Notes under the pieces: model-generated | What the model was told of the DNA's origin: nothing | Database searches by the model: none | What the model saw: the letters and a program-made list of their open reading frames with translations, nothing else | Position numbers and translations under genes: made by a program | Assembly (NCBI GenBank): GCA_017519885.1 | Contig: JAFWRO010000012.1 | Location: forward strand, 133,175 to 197,174 | Reading direction: 5' to 3' | Length of the DNA stretch: 64,000 bases | Origin: Bacteroidales bacterium | GTDB lineage: Bacteria > Bacteroidota > Bacteroidia > Bacteroidales > UBA3663 | Shown: positions 48,506-57,885 of the stretch, one piece after another | Position numbering within the stretch: position 1 is the first letter of the stretch | How the letters are laid out: the number at the start of each line of letters is the position of its first letter

Positions 48506-50089
48506 ATGTATAAGCTTCTCAGACTCCTTCTCGTGTTCTGCATCACCCTCGGTATCGGCACCAGTTGTCAACCAGATGCGCCCGTGATCACCATCATCCA
48601 CACCAACGACACCCATTCGCAGTTCGAGCCAGGCAAGACGCGCCAAGGCACCGTACAGGGCGGCGTCGTGGAACGTGCATCAATGCTTCAATATTTCCGC
48701 CAGCAGGATCCCGACCTGCTTTATTTCGATGCTGGCGATATGTTCCAGGGTTCACCCTACTTCAACATCTTCAATGGCGAGCTCGAGATACTGTGCATGA
48801 ACCAGCAGCAACTGGTGGCTGGCACTTTGGGCAACCATGAGTTTGACAACGGATTGGAATTCCTCGGTGAAATGCTGGCTAAAGCCAACTTCCCCATGCT
48901 CAGCTGCAACTACCATTGCGAAGGCACGCCGCTCGAAAGCCATATCCTTCCCCACCTCATTCTTGAACGCCATGGCGTAAAGATTGGTGTGACGGGCGTC
49001 ACCGTGTCGCCCGAAGGACTAATTGCCAACCGCAACTGGAAAGGCATCACGTTCGAGGATCCACGCTCAGCAGTCAATCGCGAAGCCGATTTCCTGCGAG
49101 GCGAAGGCTGCGACCTCGTCATCGTGTTGAGTCACCTGGGCTACCTTCCCAACCCCAAGACCGATAGCGAAAGTGAGAGCGTGCTCGACAACGACCTTGT
49201 TCCTGCCATCCACGGCGTTGACATCATCATCGGCAGCCACACTCACTACAACATTGAGGAGGGCGTCTATATCAACGATGCCGACGAACAGCCCGTACTC
49301 GTCACCCAGACTGGCGGCAAGATGCTGCCCATGGGCTTCCTGAAGATAACCATGCAGAAAGGCAGCCGCTATCCCAAATGCAAATACAGCGTATCCACCA
49401 TCGAATGCAAGAAACTGCATCCCGAGGACTATGACCTCAGCCCATATGGTCAGGAGATGCGCGATGTTCTCGCGCCCTATCAGCAAGCCCTCGTCGACCA
49501 GATGAATGTGCGACTGGGAACTGCCCCCGAACCCCTGGTCAAGGGAAAGCCACAGAGCACCCTTGGCAACTTCGTGGCCGATTCCTACATTCAGATTGGC
49601 CAGAAGAAGACCGGCAAGAAGGTCGATTTTGCCATTGCCAACCTTGGCGGCCTGCGTTCTGAGATCGATGCCGGTGACGTGACCATCGGCACGATGTTCA
49701 ACATCTTCCCCTTCGAAAACAAGATTGTCGTGCTGGGCCTCAAGGGCAGCGACCTCAAGCAGCTCATCGAGAGCAACGCCGGACGCAAGCTCGATGCCAC
49801 GGGTGGTGCTGTCATCACTCTCGAAATGGATGGCGACCGCTGCATCGCTTCCAACATCCTGATCGGAGGCAAGCCTATCAACCCCAACAAGATCTATTAT
49901 GTCAGCACGCTCGACTTCCTGGCCGAAGGCAATAGCGGAATGTCGGCATTGACACGCGCCGTCGAGACCTACGACCCCAACATCTCGGCCCGCGACGCAA
50001 TGATTGAATACGTCAAGGAACTTGATGCAGCCGGCAAGACTGTAAGCGCCAAGATCGATGGTCGTGTCATCGACAAGACCAAACCGTAA
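48506..50089 (+). CDS. Bifunctional metallophosphatase / 5'-nucleotidase (UshA-like), lipoprotein
   Basis: Motifs seen: HTNDTHS, GDMFQGS, GNHEFD, and the 5'-nucleotidase C-terminal domain (NLGGLRSEI..FPFEN). Confidence 0.85.
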   Translation: MYKLLRLLLVFCITLGIGTSCQPDAPVITIIHTNDTHSQFEPGKTRQGTVQGGVVERASMLQYFRQQDPDLLYFDAGDMFQGSPYFNIFNGELEILCMNQQQLVAGTLGNHEFDNGLEFLGEMLAKANFPMLSCNYHCEGTPLESHILPHLILERHGVKIGVTGVTVSPEGLIANRNWKGITFEDPRSAVNREADFLRGEGCDLVIVLSHLGYLPNPKTDSESESVLDNDLVPAIHGVDIIIGSHTHYNIEEGVYINDADEQPVLVTQTGGKMLPMGFLKITMQKGSRYPKCKYSVSTIECKKLHPEDYDLSPYGQEMRDVLAPYQQALVDQMNVRLGTAPEPLVKGKPQSTLGNFVADSYIQIGQKKTGKKVDFAIANLGGLRSEIDAGDVTIGTMFNIFPFENKIVVLGLKGSDLKQLIESNAGRKLDATGGAVITLEMDGDRCIASNILIGGKPINPNKIYYVSTLDFLAEGNSGMSALTRAVETYDPNISARDAMIEYVKELDAAGKTVSAKIDGRVIDKTKP

Positions 50090-50119
50090 TTTTCTGATTA
50101 TAGGTACCCAAGAAACTGT

Positions 50120-52687
50120 ATGTTCAAACTTAATTCCTATGATAACGAATGCCATCGTCGTGCACGACGATGGCTCGTCTTAATTGGCTTGTTTGCCCTC
50201 TGTTCGACGAATCTCCTTGGGCAGAACATGCTTCGAAAAGTGGATCAGGAGAAGATGAAGGAGTGGGTCGATGAACAGATGGAGAAACTCACTCCCGAGC
50301 AAAGGTTGGGCCAGCTCGTCATACCGCTCTATTATATGCCAGATGCCACAAAGGCCAACCTCAACAGCATTACCCTCGACATCCAGGAGTATCATTTCGG
50401 TGGAGCCTTATTGAGCAAAGGCTCCATGGCCACCAACGCCAAACTCGTCAACCGCCTCCAGGAGGTTGCACAGGAAGAGGGTCTGCCCGGTATGATGATC
50501 TGTATCGACGGAGAATGGGGTCTGGCCATGCGTCTGAGCGATGCCATCAAGTACCCCCGCAACGGCGCACTCGGCAAGATAAACGAAGACGTGCGCGACA
50601 CGCTTTGTTATATGTATGGTTTCGAAGTGGGTCGCCAGTGCCGCGAACTCGGCATTCAGGTCAACTTCGCCCCTGTACTCGACGTCAACACCAATCCCAA
50701 GAACCCCGTCATTGGAACACGTTCGTTCGGCAATAACCCCGAACTTGTCAGCCTCGCTGCATCGAGTTATGCACGCGGTCTGGAAGATGCTGGCGTACTG
50801 GCCGTCGGGAAACATTTCCCAGGTCATGGCGACACCCAAACCGATTCGCACACATCCCTGCCGAAGCTCTCTCATAGTGTGAATCGATTGAATGAGGTGG
50901 AACTGCCCCCATTCCAGCACTTCATCAACCAAGGACTGGGTGGCATCATGACAGCCCACCTCGACGTTCCAGCACTGGCCGAAAAGAAAGGTATGCCAGC
51001 CACCGTCAGCAAGCGCATCATCACCAACATCCTGCGCAACACCATGCACTTCGACGGACTGGTCTTTACCGACGGCTTGGCGATGGTAGGTGCCAAGTAC
51101 AAGGACGTTTGCATCAACGCACTTCTCGCGGGCTGCGACATCCTGGTGCAACCCACACCCCAGAAGACACAGATGAATGCGCTACGCAATGCACTCAAGA
51201 AAGGTTACAAGGGCAATGGCTACAAGCTTACCGCCCAGGAATTCCAGCAAATAGTGGACGAGAAATGCCGACGAGTGCTCGAATGGAAATACGCCTTGGG
51301 TCTCGACCAGCCTCAGATGGTCGAGGTGGAAGGCCTGGCCGAACGTGTCAACTCCGAATTTGCGGTTCACCTGAAGGATGAACTTCAGCGACTGAGTGGC
51401 AATTCCGGTCTCGTGGAATACGATCCTACCTTGCAGAACCAGTTCAACGACATCGCCATGACCGAAGTCGCAAGCGAGTCCGCTGAACCAGCTGTAAAAG
51501 AAGAGGTTTTGGAAACCTTTGAGCCTCCCTACCCGCTCATTGCCTTACCTACGGCCACCCCGCAGCAGGTGGGTATGGATATCAATCGGCTTGGCGAAGT
51601 GTCCAGGCTTGCCAACGAGTTCGTCAACTCGGGTGCAGTGCCCGGTTGCCAGATTATCGTGATTCGCAAGAACAAGGTGGTCTATGACCAGACGTTCGGA
51701 CGGTTGGGTGGCAACCACGCGCAGAATCCCTACGGCGATCGACCCGTCACTGCCGAAACCATGTACGACCTCGCGTCGCTCAGCAAGGTGCTGGGCACCG
51801 TGCCCGCCATCATGCTGCTTGTCGACGACCACAAGATCAGGCTTCGCGACCGGATCACCAAGTGGTTGCCCGAGCTCAAAGGCACGCACTATGCCAAAGT
51901 CACCGTCCAGGACCTCCTCTACCACGAGTCGGGACTGAGATCAACCTGTTCTTTCTACAAGCTCACCGAGACGCCCGATTCAATCTTCCGCAGCAAGACC
52001 ATGCTGCAGACCATCGCCACGCTGGACCCCAAACGCAAGATGGGTCGATATCTGTACTCCGACCTAAGTTTCGTGCTCCTCCGTTACATCGTCGAGCGGC
52101 AGACGGGCGAACGTCTCGATCGGTTCCTCGAACGTCGTCTGCCCGACTTCTACGGCCCCTGGTGCTGCTACAATCCCTTGCAGCATGGTGTTCCCCGCGG
52201 AGCCATCGCTCCCACTGAGCAGGACGACGTCGTCCGCCATCGCTTCATCCACGGCACCGTCCACGACGAGACGGGCGCCTGGGCATTGGGCGTCGAGGGC
52301 AATTCGGGGCTCTTCGCTTCAGCTGAGGCTCTGGCCCCGCTCATCCAAATGATTGCGAATGGTGGCGAGTTGGGCGGCAAACGCTACTTGTCGAAGGAGA
52401 CCTGCCGACTGTTCACCACGCAGCGTTCGCCCCACAGTCGCCGCGGACTGGGCTTCGACCGCCAGAGCGCAGAACTCGACAACCCCAACCTTCCCGAGGT
52501 GTGCAGTCCGCAGACGTGGGGGCACACGGGTTTCACCGGCACGTGCTTCTGGGTTGACCCCAAGCGTGAACTCACCTACATCTTCCTTTCCAACAAGATT
52601 TGTCCCGTGCGCGACAATAAGGCCTGGACCGATGGGCATGTGCGCCCACGCATTCTTCAGGCCATCTACGATGCACTAAAAAGATAA
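50120..52687 (+). CDS. Fusion of a GH3 beta-N-acetylhexosaminidase (NagZ-like) with a class C beta-lactamase/serine hydrolase domain
   Basis: The GH3 part carries KHFPGHGDTQTDSH and FTDGLAM. The C-terminal half carries the SxxK motif (ASLSKVLG) and the HTGFTG box. Confidence 0.8.
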   Translation: MFKLNSYDNECHRRARRWLVLIGLFALCSTNLLGQNMLRKVDQEKMKEWVDEQMEKLTPEQRLGQLVIPLYYMPDATKANLNSITLDIQEYHFGGALLSKGSMATNAKLVNRLQEVAQEEGLPGMMICIDGEWGLAMRLSDAIKYPRNGALGKINEDVRDTLCYMYGFEVGRQCRELGIQVNFAPVLDVNTNPKNPVIGTRSFGNNPELVSLAASSYARGLEDAGVLAVGKHFPGHGDTQTDSHTSLPKLSHSVNRLNEVELPPFQHFINQGLGGIMTAHLDVPALAEKKGMPATVSKRIITNILRNTMHFDGLVFTDGLAMVGAKYKDVCINALLAGCDILVQPTPQKTQMNALRNALKKGYKGNGYKLTAQEFQQIVDEKCRRVLEWKYALGLDQPQMVEVEGLAERVNSEFAVHLKDELQRLSGNSGLVEYDPTLQNQFNDIAMTEVASESAEPAVKEEVLETFEPPYPLIALPTATPQQVGMDINRLGEVSRLANEFVNSGAVPGCQIIVIRKNKVVYDQTFGRLGGNHAQNPYGDRPVTAETMYDLASLSKVLGTVPAIMLLVDDHKIRLRDRITKWLPELKGTHYAKVTVQDLLYHESGLRSTCSFYKLTETPDSIFRSKTMLQTIATLDPKRKMGRYLYSDLSFVLLRYIVERQTGERLDRFLERRLPDFYGPWCCYNPLQHGVPRGAIAPTEQDDVVRHRFIHGTVHDETGAWALGVEGNSGLFASAEALAPLIQMIANGGELGGKRYLSKETCRLFTTQRSPHSRRGLGFDRQSAELDNPNLPEVCSPQTWGHTGFTGTCFWVDPKRELTYIFLSNKICPVRDNKAWTDGHVRPRILQAIYDALKR

Positions 52688-52715
52688 CTTCGAGAAAGCA
52701 AAATAAAGAAAAAAA

Positions 52716-52757
52716 CCGCGAAAATCGGATTATTCCGAAGCTTTTCGCGGTTTTTCT
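52716..52757 (+). terminator. Intrinsic terminator
   Basis: CCGCGAAAA (52716-52724) pairs with TTTTCGCGG (52742-52750) and is followed by TTTTT. Confidence 0.7.
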
Positions 52758-52840
52758 TGTATAATCATCTTCGATTGATTAACTTTGCACACTGAGATTA
52801 TTCCAGCGTTCCAATACATACTCAAATTATATCTATATTT

Positions 52841-53104
52841 ATGGAAGGATTACAGCCGATGGAAACCGCCCTGCTGCTAATGATTGTCGGCATGGGCACT
52901 GTGTTCATTATTCTAATCCTGATCATCTACCTGTCAAGGCTGATGATTATGGCCGTCAACAAATTTGCTCCCGAAGAGGAAGCTGCACCCAAGAAGGCCG
53001 CACCTGCTCCGGCAGCCGTTCCAGCCAACGTCGAGGCCGCCATCAAGGCCGCCATTGCCCAAGTAGCTCCGAAGGCAATGGTTACAAAAATTACAAAGGG
53101 CTAA
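52841..53104 (+). CDS. Oxaloacetate decarboxylase gamma chain (OadG family)
   Basis: The 87-aa ORF has one TM helix (LLLMIVGMGTVFIILILIIYL) and an Ala/Pro-rich linker. It is the first gene of the decarboxylase operon. Confidence 0.7.
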   Translation: MEGLQPMETALLLMIVGMGTVFIILILIIYLSRLMIMAVNKFAPEEEAAPKKAAPAPAAVPANVEAAIKAAIAQVAPKAMVTKITKG

Positions 53105-53144
53105 TTAACAACTCCTAAAAGAAATCGCTATTCAGAAAAAAATT

Positions 53145-54977
53145 ATGGCAAAAGAAGTTAAGTTTTCACTTGTCTTCCGTGACATGTGGCAGAGTGCTGG
53201 CAAATACCAGCCTCGCGTTGACCAGCTCGTTAAGGTAGCCCCCAAGATCATCGAGATGGGCTGCTGGGACCGTGTAGAAACCAACGGTGGCGGCTTCGAG
53301 CAAGTAAACCTTCTCTATGGTGAGAACCCCAACCGCTCGGTACGCGAGTGGACCAAGCCCTTCCACGAGGCTGGCATCCAGACCCACATGCTCGACCGTG
53401 CCCTCAACGCCCTCCGCATGTTCCCATGCTCGAAGGACCTGCGCAAGCTGTTCTATGTCGTCAAGAAGAAGCAGGGTACCGACATCACCCGCATCTTCTG
53501 CGGCCTCAACGACCCACGCAACGTCATCCCCTCGATCGGCTACGCCAAGGAGGCCGGCATGATTGCCCAGGCTGCCCTCTGCATCACCCACTCGCCCATC
53601 CACACCGTCGAATACTACGTCAACCTCGCCAAGCAGTTCATCGATGCCGGCGCTGACGAGATCTGCCTCAAGGATATGGCCGGCATCGGCCGTCCCGTGA
53701 GCCTCGGCAAGATCGTGGCTGGCATCAAGGCCTACAAGAAGGACATCGTCATCCAGTACCATTCGCACGCCGGCCCTGGCTTCAACATTGCCTCTATCCT
53801 CGAGGTATGCAAGGCTGGTTGCGACTACATCGACTGCGGCATGTCGCCACTTTCTTGGGGCACCGGCCACGCCGATGTCATCACCGTGCAGGAGATGCTC
53901 AAGGATGCCGGCTTCAAGGTGAAGGACATCAACATGAAGGCTTACATGGAGGTTCGCACTCAGATCCAGGAGATGATGGACGACTTCCTCGGCTACTATA
54001 TCCCCGAACTCAACCACCTCAACAACTCGCTGCTCGTCAAGCCCGGCCTTCCCGGCGGCATGATGGGCTCGCTGATGACCGACCTGGAGGAGAACCTCGA
54101 AGGCCTCAACCGCTGGAAGGAGAAGAACGGACAGCCCAAGCTCTCGACCGACGACCTGCTCATCAAGCTCTTCGACGAAGTGGCTTACGTATGGCCTCGC
54201 GTGGGCTATCCCTGCCTCGTCACCCCCTTCAGCCAGTATGTCAAGAACCTCGCCCTCATGAACGTCATGCAGATGGAGAAGGGCAAGGAGCGCTGGAGCC
54301 TCATCGCCGACAACATCTGGGACATGATCCTCGGCAAGTCGGGCAAGCTGCCCGGCCCCGTAGCTCCCGAACTCGTCGAGCTGGCCAAGAGCCAGGGTCG
54401 CAAGTTCGAGACCGAGGATCCGCAGACCTACGCCCCCGACTGCCTCGACGAATTCCGCGCCAAGATGAAGGCCAACGGCTGGGACCTCGGCCAGGACGAC
54501 GAGGAGCTGTTCGAGTACGCCATGCACCCGTCGCAGTATGAGGCCTACAAGAGCGGCAAGGCCAAGGCCGACTTCCTCGAAGACCTCGCCAAGCGCAAGG
54601 CTGCCAAGAACGCCACCACCGGCGAAATCAAGGCCCAGGAGCTCAAGGTCACCGTCAACGGCGAAGTCTATACCGTCAGCATCGCACCCAACGACGGCTC
54701 GGCTCCCGCTGCTTCAGCAGCCGCTGCTCCCGTGGCAGCCGGCGAAGGCGCCGACGTGCTGGCTCCACTCGAGGGCAAGTTCTTCCTCGTCAAGAACGCC
54801 AGCGAAGTGCCCGTCAAGGTGGGCGACATGGTGAAGAAGGGTCAGACCATCGGCTACATCGAAGCCATGAAGACCTACAACGCCGTAGCTGCCGACTGCG
54901 ACGGCCAGATCACCGCCATCCTCGCCAACCCCGGCGACAAGGTATTCGAGGACGACCCGATCTTCAAGATCAAGTAA
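53145..54977 (+). CDS. oadA: Oxaloacetate decarboxylase alpha subunit (carboxyltransferase plus biotinyl domain)
   Basis: A TIM-barrel carboxyltransferase is followed by an Ala/Pro linker and then the biotinylation motif IEAMKT. Confidence 0.85.
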   Translation: MAKEVKFSLVFRDMWQSAGKYQPRVDQLVKVAPKIIEMGCWDRVETNGGGFEQVNLLYGENPNRSVREWTKPFHEAGIQTHMLDRALNALRMFPCSKDLRKLFYVVKKKQGTDITRIFCGLNDPRNVIPSIGYAKEAGMIAQAALCITHSPIHTVEYYVNLAKQFIDAGADEICLKDMAGIGRPVSLGKIVAGIKAYKKDIVIQYHSHAGPGFNIASILEVCKAGCDYIDCGMSPLSWGTGHADVITVQEMLKDAGFKVKDINMKAYMEVRTQIQEMMDDFLGYYIPELNHLNNSLLVKPGLPGGMMGSLMTDLEENLEGLNRWKEKNGQPKLSTDDLLIKLFDEVAYVWPRVGYPCLVTPFSQYVKNLALMNVMQMEKGKERWSLIADNIWDMILGKSGKLPGPVAPELVELAKSQGRKFETEDPQTYAPDCLDEFRAKMKANGWDLGQDDEELFEYAMHPSQYEAYKSGKAKADFLEDLAKRKAAKNATTGEIKAQELKVTVNGEVYTVSIAPNDGSAPAASAAAAPVAAGEGADVLAPLEGKFFLVKNASEVPVKVGDMVKKGQTIGYIEAMKTYNAVAADCDGQITAILANPGDKVFEDDPIFKIK

Positions 54978-55041
54978 TTGACATCCATCAATTGTTAATT
55001 GTTAATTTTTAATTGTTAATTATTAATTGTTAATTGAATTC

Positions 55042-56301
55042 ATGGATTTCATCAATACAATATTCTCCAACCTGTGGAGCATGACGGCGTTCAGCAACAT
55101 TGCCGACGACCCGCGCTTCATCATCATGTATCTGCTGGGCTTCCTGTTCCTCTATCTCGGCATTGCCAAGCATTACGAGCCGCTGCTGCTTGTCCCCATC
55201 GCCATGGGCATTCTGCTGGCCAACTTCCCTGGCGGCGAGATGGGCGTCTATGGAGCCGACGGCAATGGCATCGTGCACGTCATGAAGAACGGCGTGATGC
55301 ACGACTACGACGTCTATAAGATGGGCCTGCCCGAGATTGCCCACGAGCTCGGCCTCATGAACATGATCTACTACTGGCTCATCAAGACCGGCTTCATCCC
55401 GCCCATCATCTTCATGGGCGTAGGTGCCATGACCGACTTCGGCCCCATGCTTCGCAACCTGAAGCTCGCCATCTTCGGCGCTGCTGCCCAGCTCGGCATC
55501 TTCAGCGTAGTGCTTGTAGCCATCGGCGTCTTCGGATTCACTCCCCAGGAGGCCGGTTCGCTCGGCATCATCGGTGGCGCCGACGGTCCTACCGCCATCT
55601 TCACCACCATCAAGCTGGCTCCCCATCTGCTCGGCCCCATCGCCATTGCAGCCTATTCCTACATGGCCCTCGTGCCCGTCATCATCCCGATGGTCGTAAA
55701 GCTCTGCTGCCGCAAGAAGGACCTTGAGATCAACATGAAGGAGCAGGACAAGCTTTACCCCGACACGCTCAAGATTAAGAACATGCGCGTGGCCAAGATC
55801 ATCTTCCCCATCTTCGTCACCGTCCTTGTGGCCATCGTCGTGCCTTCGGCTGTCAGCCTCATCGGCATGCTGATGTTCGGCAACCTCATCAAGGAGATCG
55901 GCTCCGACACGTCGCGCATCGCCGACACCGCAGCCAATGCGCTGATGAACATCTGCACCATCTTCCTGGGCCTCTCGGTGGGCGCAACGATGACTGTCGA
56001 GTCGTTCCTCAACCTCACCACCCTCGGCATCGTGGTGGGCGGCTTCCTGGCATTCGCTGTCTCCATCGCAGGTGGCATCGGTCTGGTCTATGTCTTCAAC
56101 GCTTTCTCGAAGAAGAAAATCAATCCGCTCGTAGGTGCCTGCGGTCTTTCTGCCGTGCCTATGGCCAGCCGTGTAGCCAACGGCATCGCCACCAGCATCA
56201 ACCCCAAGAACAACATCCTCAACTACTGCATGTCGTCCAACATCTCTGGTGTGATCGGCTCTGCAGTTGCTGCCGGTGTGCTCATCTCGTTCCTGGGCTA
56301 A
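55042..56301 (+). CDS. oadB: Sodium ion-translocating decarboxylase beta subunit
   Basis: The polytopic membrane protein carries conserved GIIGGADGPT and SAVPMASRV segments. The ATG (MDFINTIF) is taken five codons inside track ORF 55027..56301, whose listed start is a TTG. Confidence 0.88.
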   Translation: MDFINTIFSNLWSMTAFSNIADDPRFIIMYLLGFLFLYLGIAKHYEPLLLVPIAMGILLANFPGGEMGVYGADGNGIVHVMKNGVMHDYDVYKMGLPEIAHELGLMNMIYYWLIKTGFIPPIIFMGVGAMTDFGPMLRNLKLAIFGAAAQLGIFSVVLVAIGVFGFTPQEAGSLGIIGGADGPTAIFTTIKLAPHLLGPIAIAAYSYMALVPVIIPMVVKLCCRKKDLEINMKEQDKLYPDTLKIKNMRVAKIIFPIFVTVLVAIVVPSAVSLIGMLMFGNLIKEIGSDTSRIADTAANALMNICTIFLGLSVGATMTVESFLNLTTLGIVVGGFLAFAVSIAGGIGLVYVFNAFSKKKINPLVGACGLSAVPMASRVANGIATSINPKNNILNYCMSSNISGVIGSAVAAGVLISFLG

Positions 56302-56442
56302 TCTGACGAAATAAACGATGCGCGTCCGTCTTTCCCAGATCGGGCGCGCAATTTCGTTTTTTGCATCCGCCCGATTAAACCTTTCCGCGGCGGATGCGTC
56401 CAAACAACGAACTTTAACCCACTAATACATCAACAACAAGAA

Positions 56443-57696
56443 ATGTCAAGAGTATTGCTTATCGGCTGCGGAGGTGTAGGCACCGTAGCAGCACACAAGT
56501 TGGCCCAGAACGCCGACGTGTTTACCGACATCTGTATTGCCAGCCGCACCAAGAGCAAGTGCGACGCCACGGCCGAGGCCATCCGCGCCAAGGGTTACAG
56601 CAAGAACGGCGTGGTGGCCAACATCACCACCGCACAGGTCGATGCCGACAGCGTGCCCCAGCTCGTGGCACTCATGAAGGAGTTCCGTCCCGAGCTCTGC
56701 ATCAACCTGGCCCTCCCCTATCAAGACCTCACCATCATGGATGCCTGTCTCGAAGCCGGTGTGAACTATATGGACACCGCCAACTATGAGCCCAAGGACG
56801 AGGCACATTTCGAATACAGCTGGCAGTGGGCCTACCGCGAGCGTTTCGAGAAGGCCGGCCTCTGCGCCATCCTCGGCTGCGGCTTCGACCCCGGCGTGAC
56901 CTCCATCTTCACCGCCTACGCCGCCAAGCATCACTTCAAGGAGATCCAGTACCTCGACATCGTCGATTGCAACGCTGGCAACCACCACAAGGCATTTGCC
57001 ACCAACTTCAACCCCGAGATCAACATCCGAGAGATTACCCAGAAGGGCCTCTACTACGAGAACGGCAAGTACATCGAGACCGAACCGATGGAGATTCACA
57101 AGCCACTCACCTATCCTGGCATTGGCCCCAAGGAGTCCTATCTGCTCCACCACGAGGAGATTGAGTCGCTGGTCATCAACTACCCCACCATCAAGCGTGC
57201 GCGCTTCTGGATGACCTTCGGCCAACAGTATCTCACCTACCTCGACGTGATCCAGAACATCGGAATGTCGCGCATCGACGAGATTGAATACAAGGCTCCC
57301 CTTGCCGACGGTTCGGGTGATGCAGTGGTCAAGATCGTGCCTCTGCAGTTCCTCAAGGCCGTGCTGCCCAATCCCAAGGAACTTGGCGAGAACTACGACG
57401 GCGAGACCTCCATCGGCTGCCGCATCCGTGGCATCGGCAACGACGGCAAGGAGCACACCTACTATGTCTGGAACAACTGCAGCCACCGCGAGGCCTATCT
57501 CGAGACCGGTATGCAGGGCGTAAGCTACACCACCGGCGTGCCTGCCATGATTGGCGCTATGATGTTCCTCAAGGGCATCTGGAGCAAGCCAGGCGTCCAC
57601 AACGTCGAGGAGTTCGATCCCGATCCGTTCATGGCCGAACTTAACATCCAGGGTCTGCCCTGGCACGAGGAGCACGACGGCGATCTCGAACTCTGA
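56443..57696 (+). CDS. Saccharopine dehydrogenase family protein, probably carboxynorspermidine/carboxyspermidine dehydrogenase
   Basis: The Rossmann motif is VLLIGCGGVGTV. The ~417-aa length and the C-terminus match the CANSDH family. Confidence 0.75.
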   Translation: MSRVLLIGCGGVGTVAAHKLAQNADVFTDICIASRTKSKCDATAEAIRAKGYSKNGVVANITTAQVDADSVPQLVALMKEFRPELCINLALPYQDLTIMDACLEAGVNYMDTANYEPKDEAHFEYSWQWAYRERFEKAGLCAILGCGFDPGVTSIFTAYAAKHHFKEIQYLDIVDCNAGNHHKAFATNFNPEINIREITQKGLYYENGKYIETEPMEIHKPLTYPGIGPKESYLLHHEEIESLVINYPTIKRARFWMTFGQQYLTYLDVIQNIGMSRIDEIEYKAPLADGSGDAVVKIVPLQFLKAVLPNPKELGENYDGETSIGCRIRGIGNDGKEHTYYVWNNCSHREAYLETGMQGVSYTTGVPAMIGAMMFLKGIWSKPGVHNVEEFDPDPFMAELNIQGLPWHEEHDGDLEL

Positions 57697-57715
57697 TCTT
57701 TCGTTCACTTTTTCT

Positions 57716-57814
57716 ATCAAGAATTAGAGAATTTGAGAATTAATATTTTGTGCCCCTCTTAATTCGACACTCAATTCGATACCCAATTCGACACTCAATT
57801 CTCTAATTCTTGAT
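57716..57814. repeat. 18-bp perfect inverted repeat flanking a 63-bp AT-rich segment with internal direct repeats
   Basis: ATCAAGAATTAGAGAATT (57716-57733) and AATTCTCTAATTCTTGAT (57797-57814) are the arms. The interior carries CAATTCGACACT-type direct repeats. Confidence 0.8.
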
Positions 57815-57829
57815 AATTAAATAAAGCAA

Positions 57830-57872
57830 GCCCCCGAAGCCTTGATGGCTTCGAGGGCTATTCTTTTGTATT
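57830..57872. terminator. Terminator hairpin between convergent genes
   Basis: GCCCCCGAAGCC-ttgat-GGCTTCGAGGGC is followed by TATTCTTTTGTATTT. Confidence 0.75.
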
Positions 57873-57885
57873 TAGCGACGAGCGC

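Noticed and set aside
55027-55041. TTG start listed for the oadB ORF, and a one-base discrepancy in my hand count within the TTAATTG repeat region
   Set aside because: The first ATG (MDFINTIF) is the more plausible start. By my own position count it falls at 55041, but the ORF-track frame places it at 55042. I kept the track frame and could not resolve the one-base difference by eye.
53166-57720. Very long antisense ORFs (53166..54527 -, 55030..56403 -, 56446..57720 -) opposite oadA, oadB and the dehydrogenase gene
   Set aside because: The sense-strand products have clear family motifs. The antisense translations are low-complexity and rich in Gly, Asp, Val, His and Ala, which is typical of shadow ORFs in GC3-rich genes. 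The same applies to 7769..8875, 9153..10193, 10803..11819, 12002..13183, 20013..21047, 21148..22068, 45767..46903, 49067..50155 and 61222..62070.
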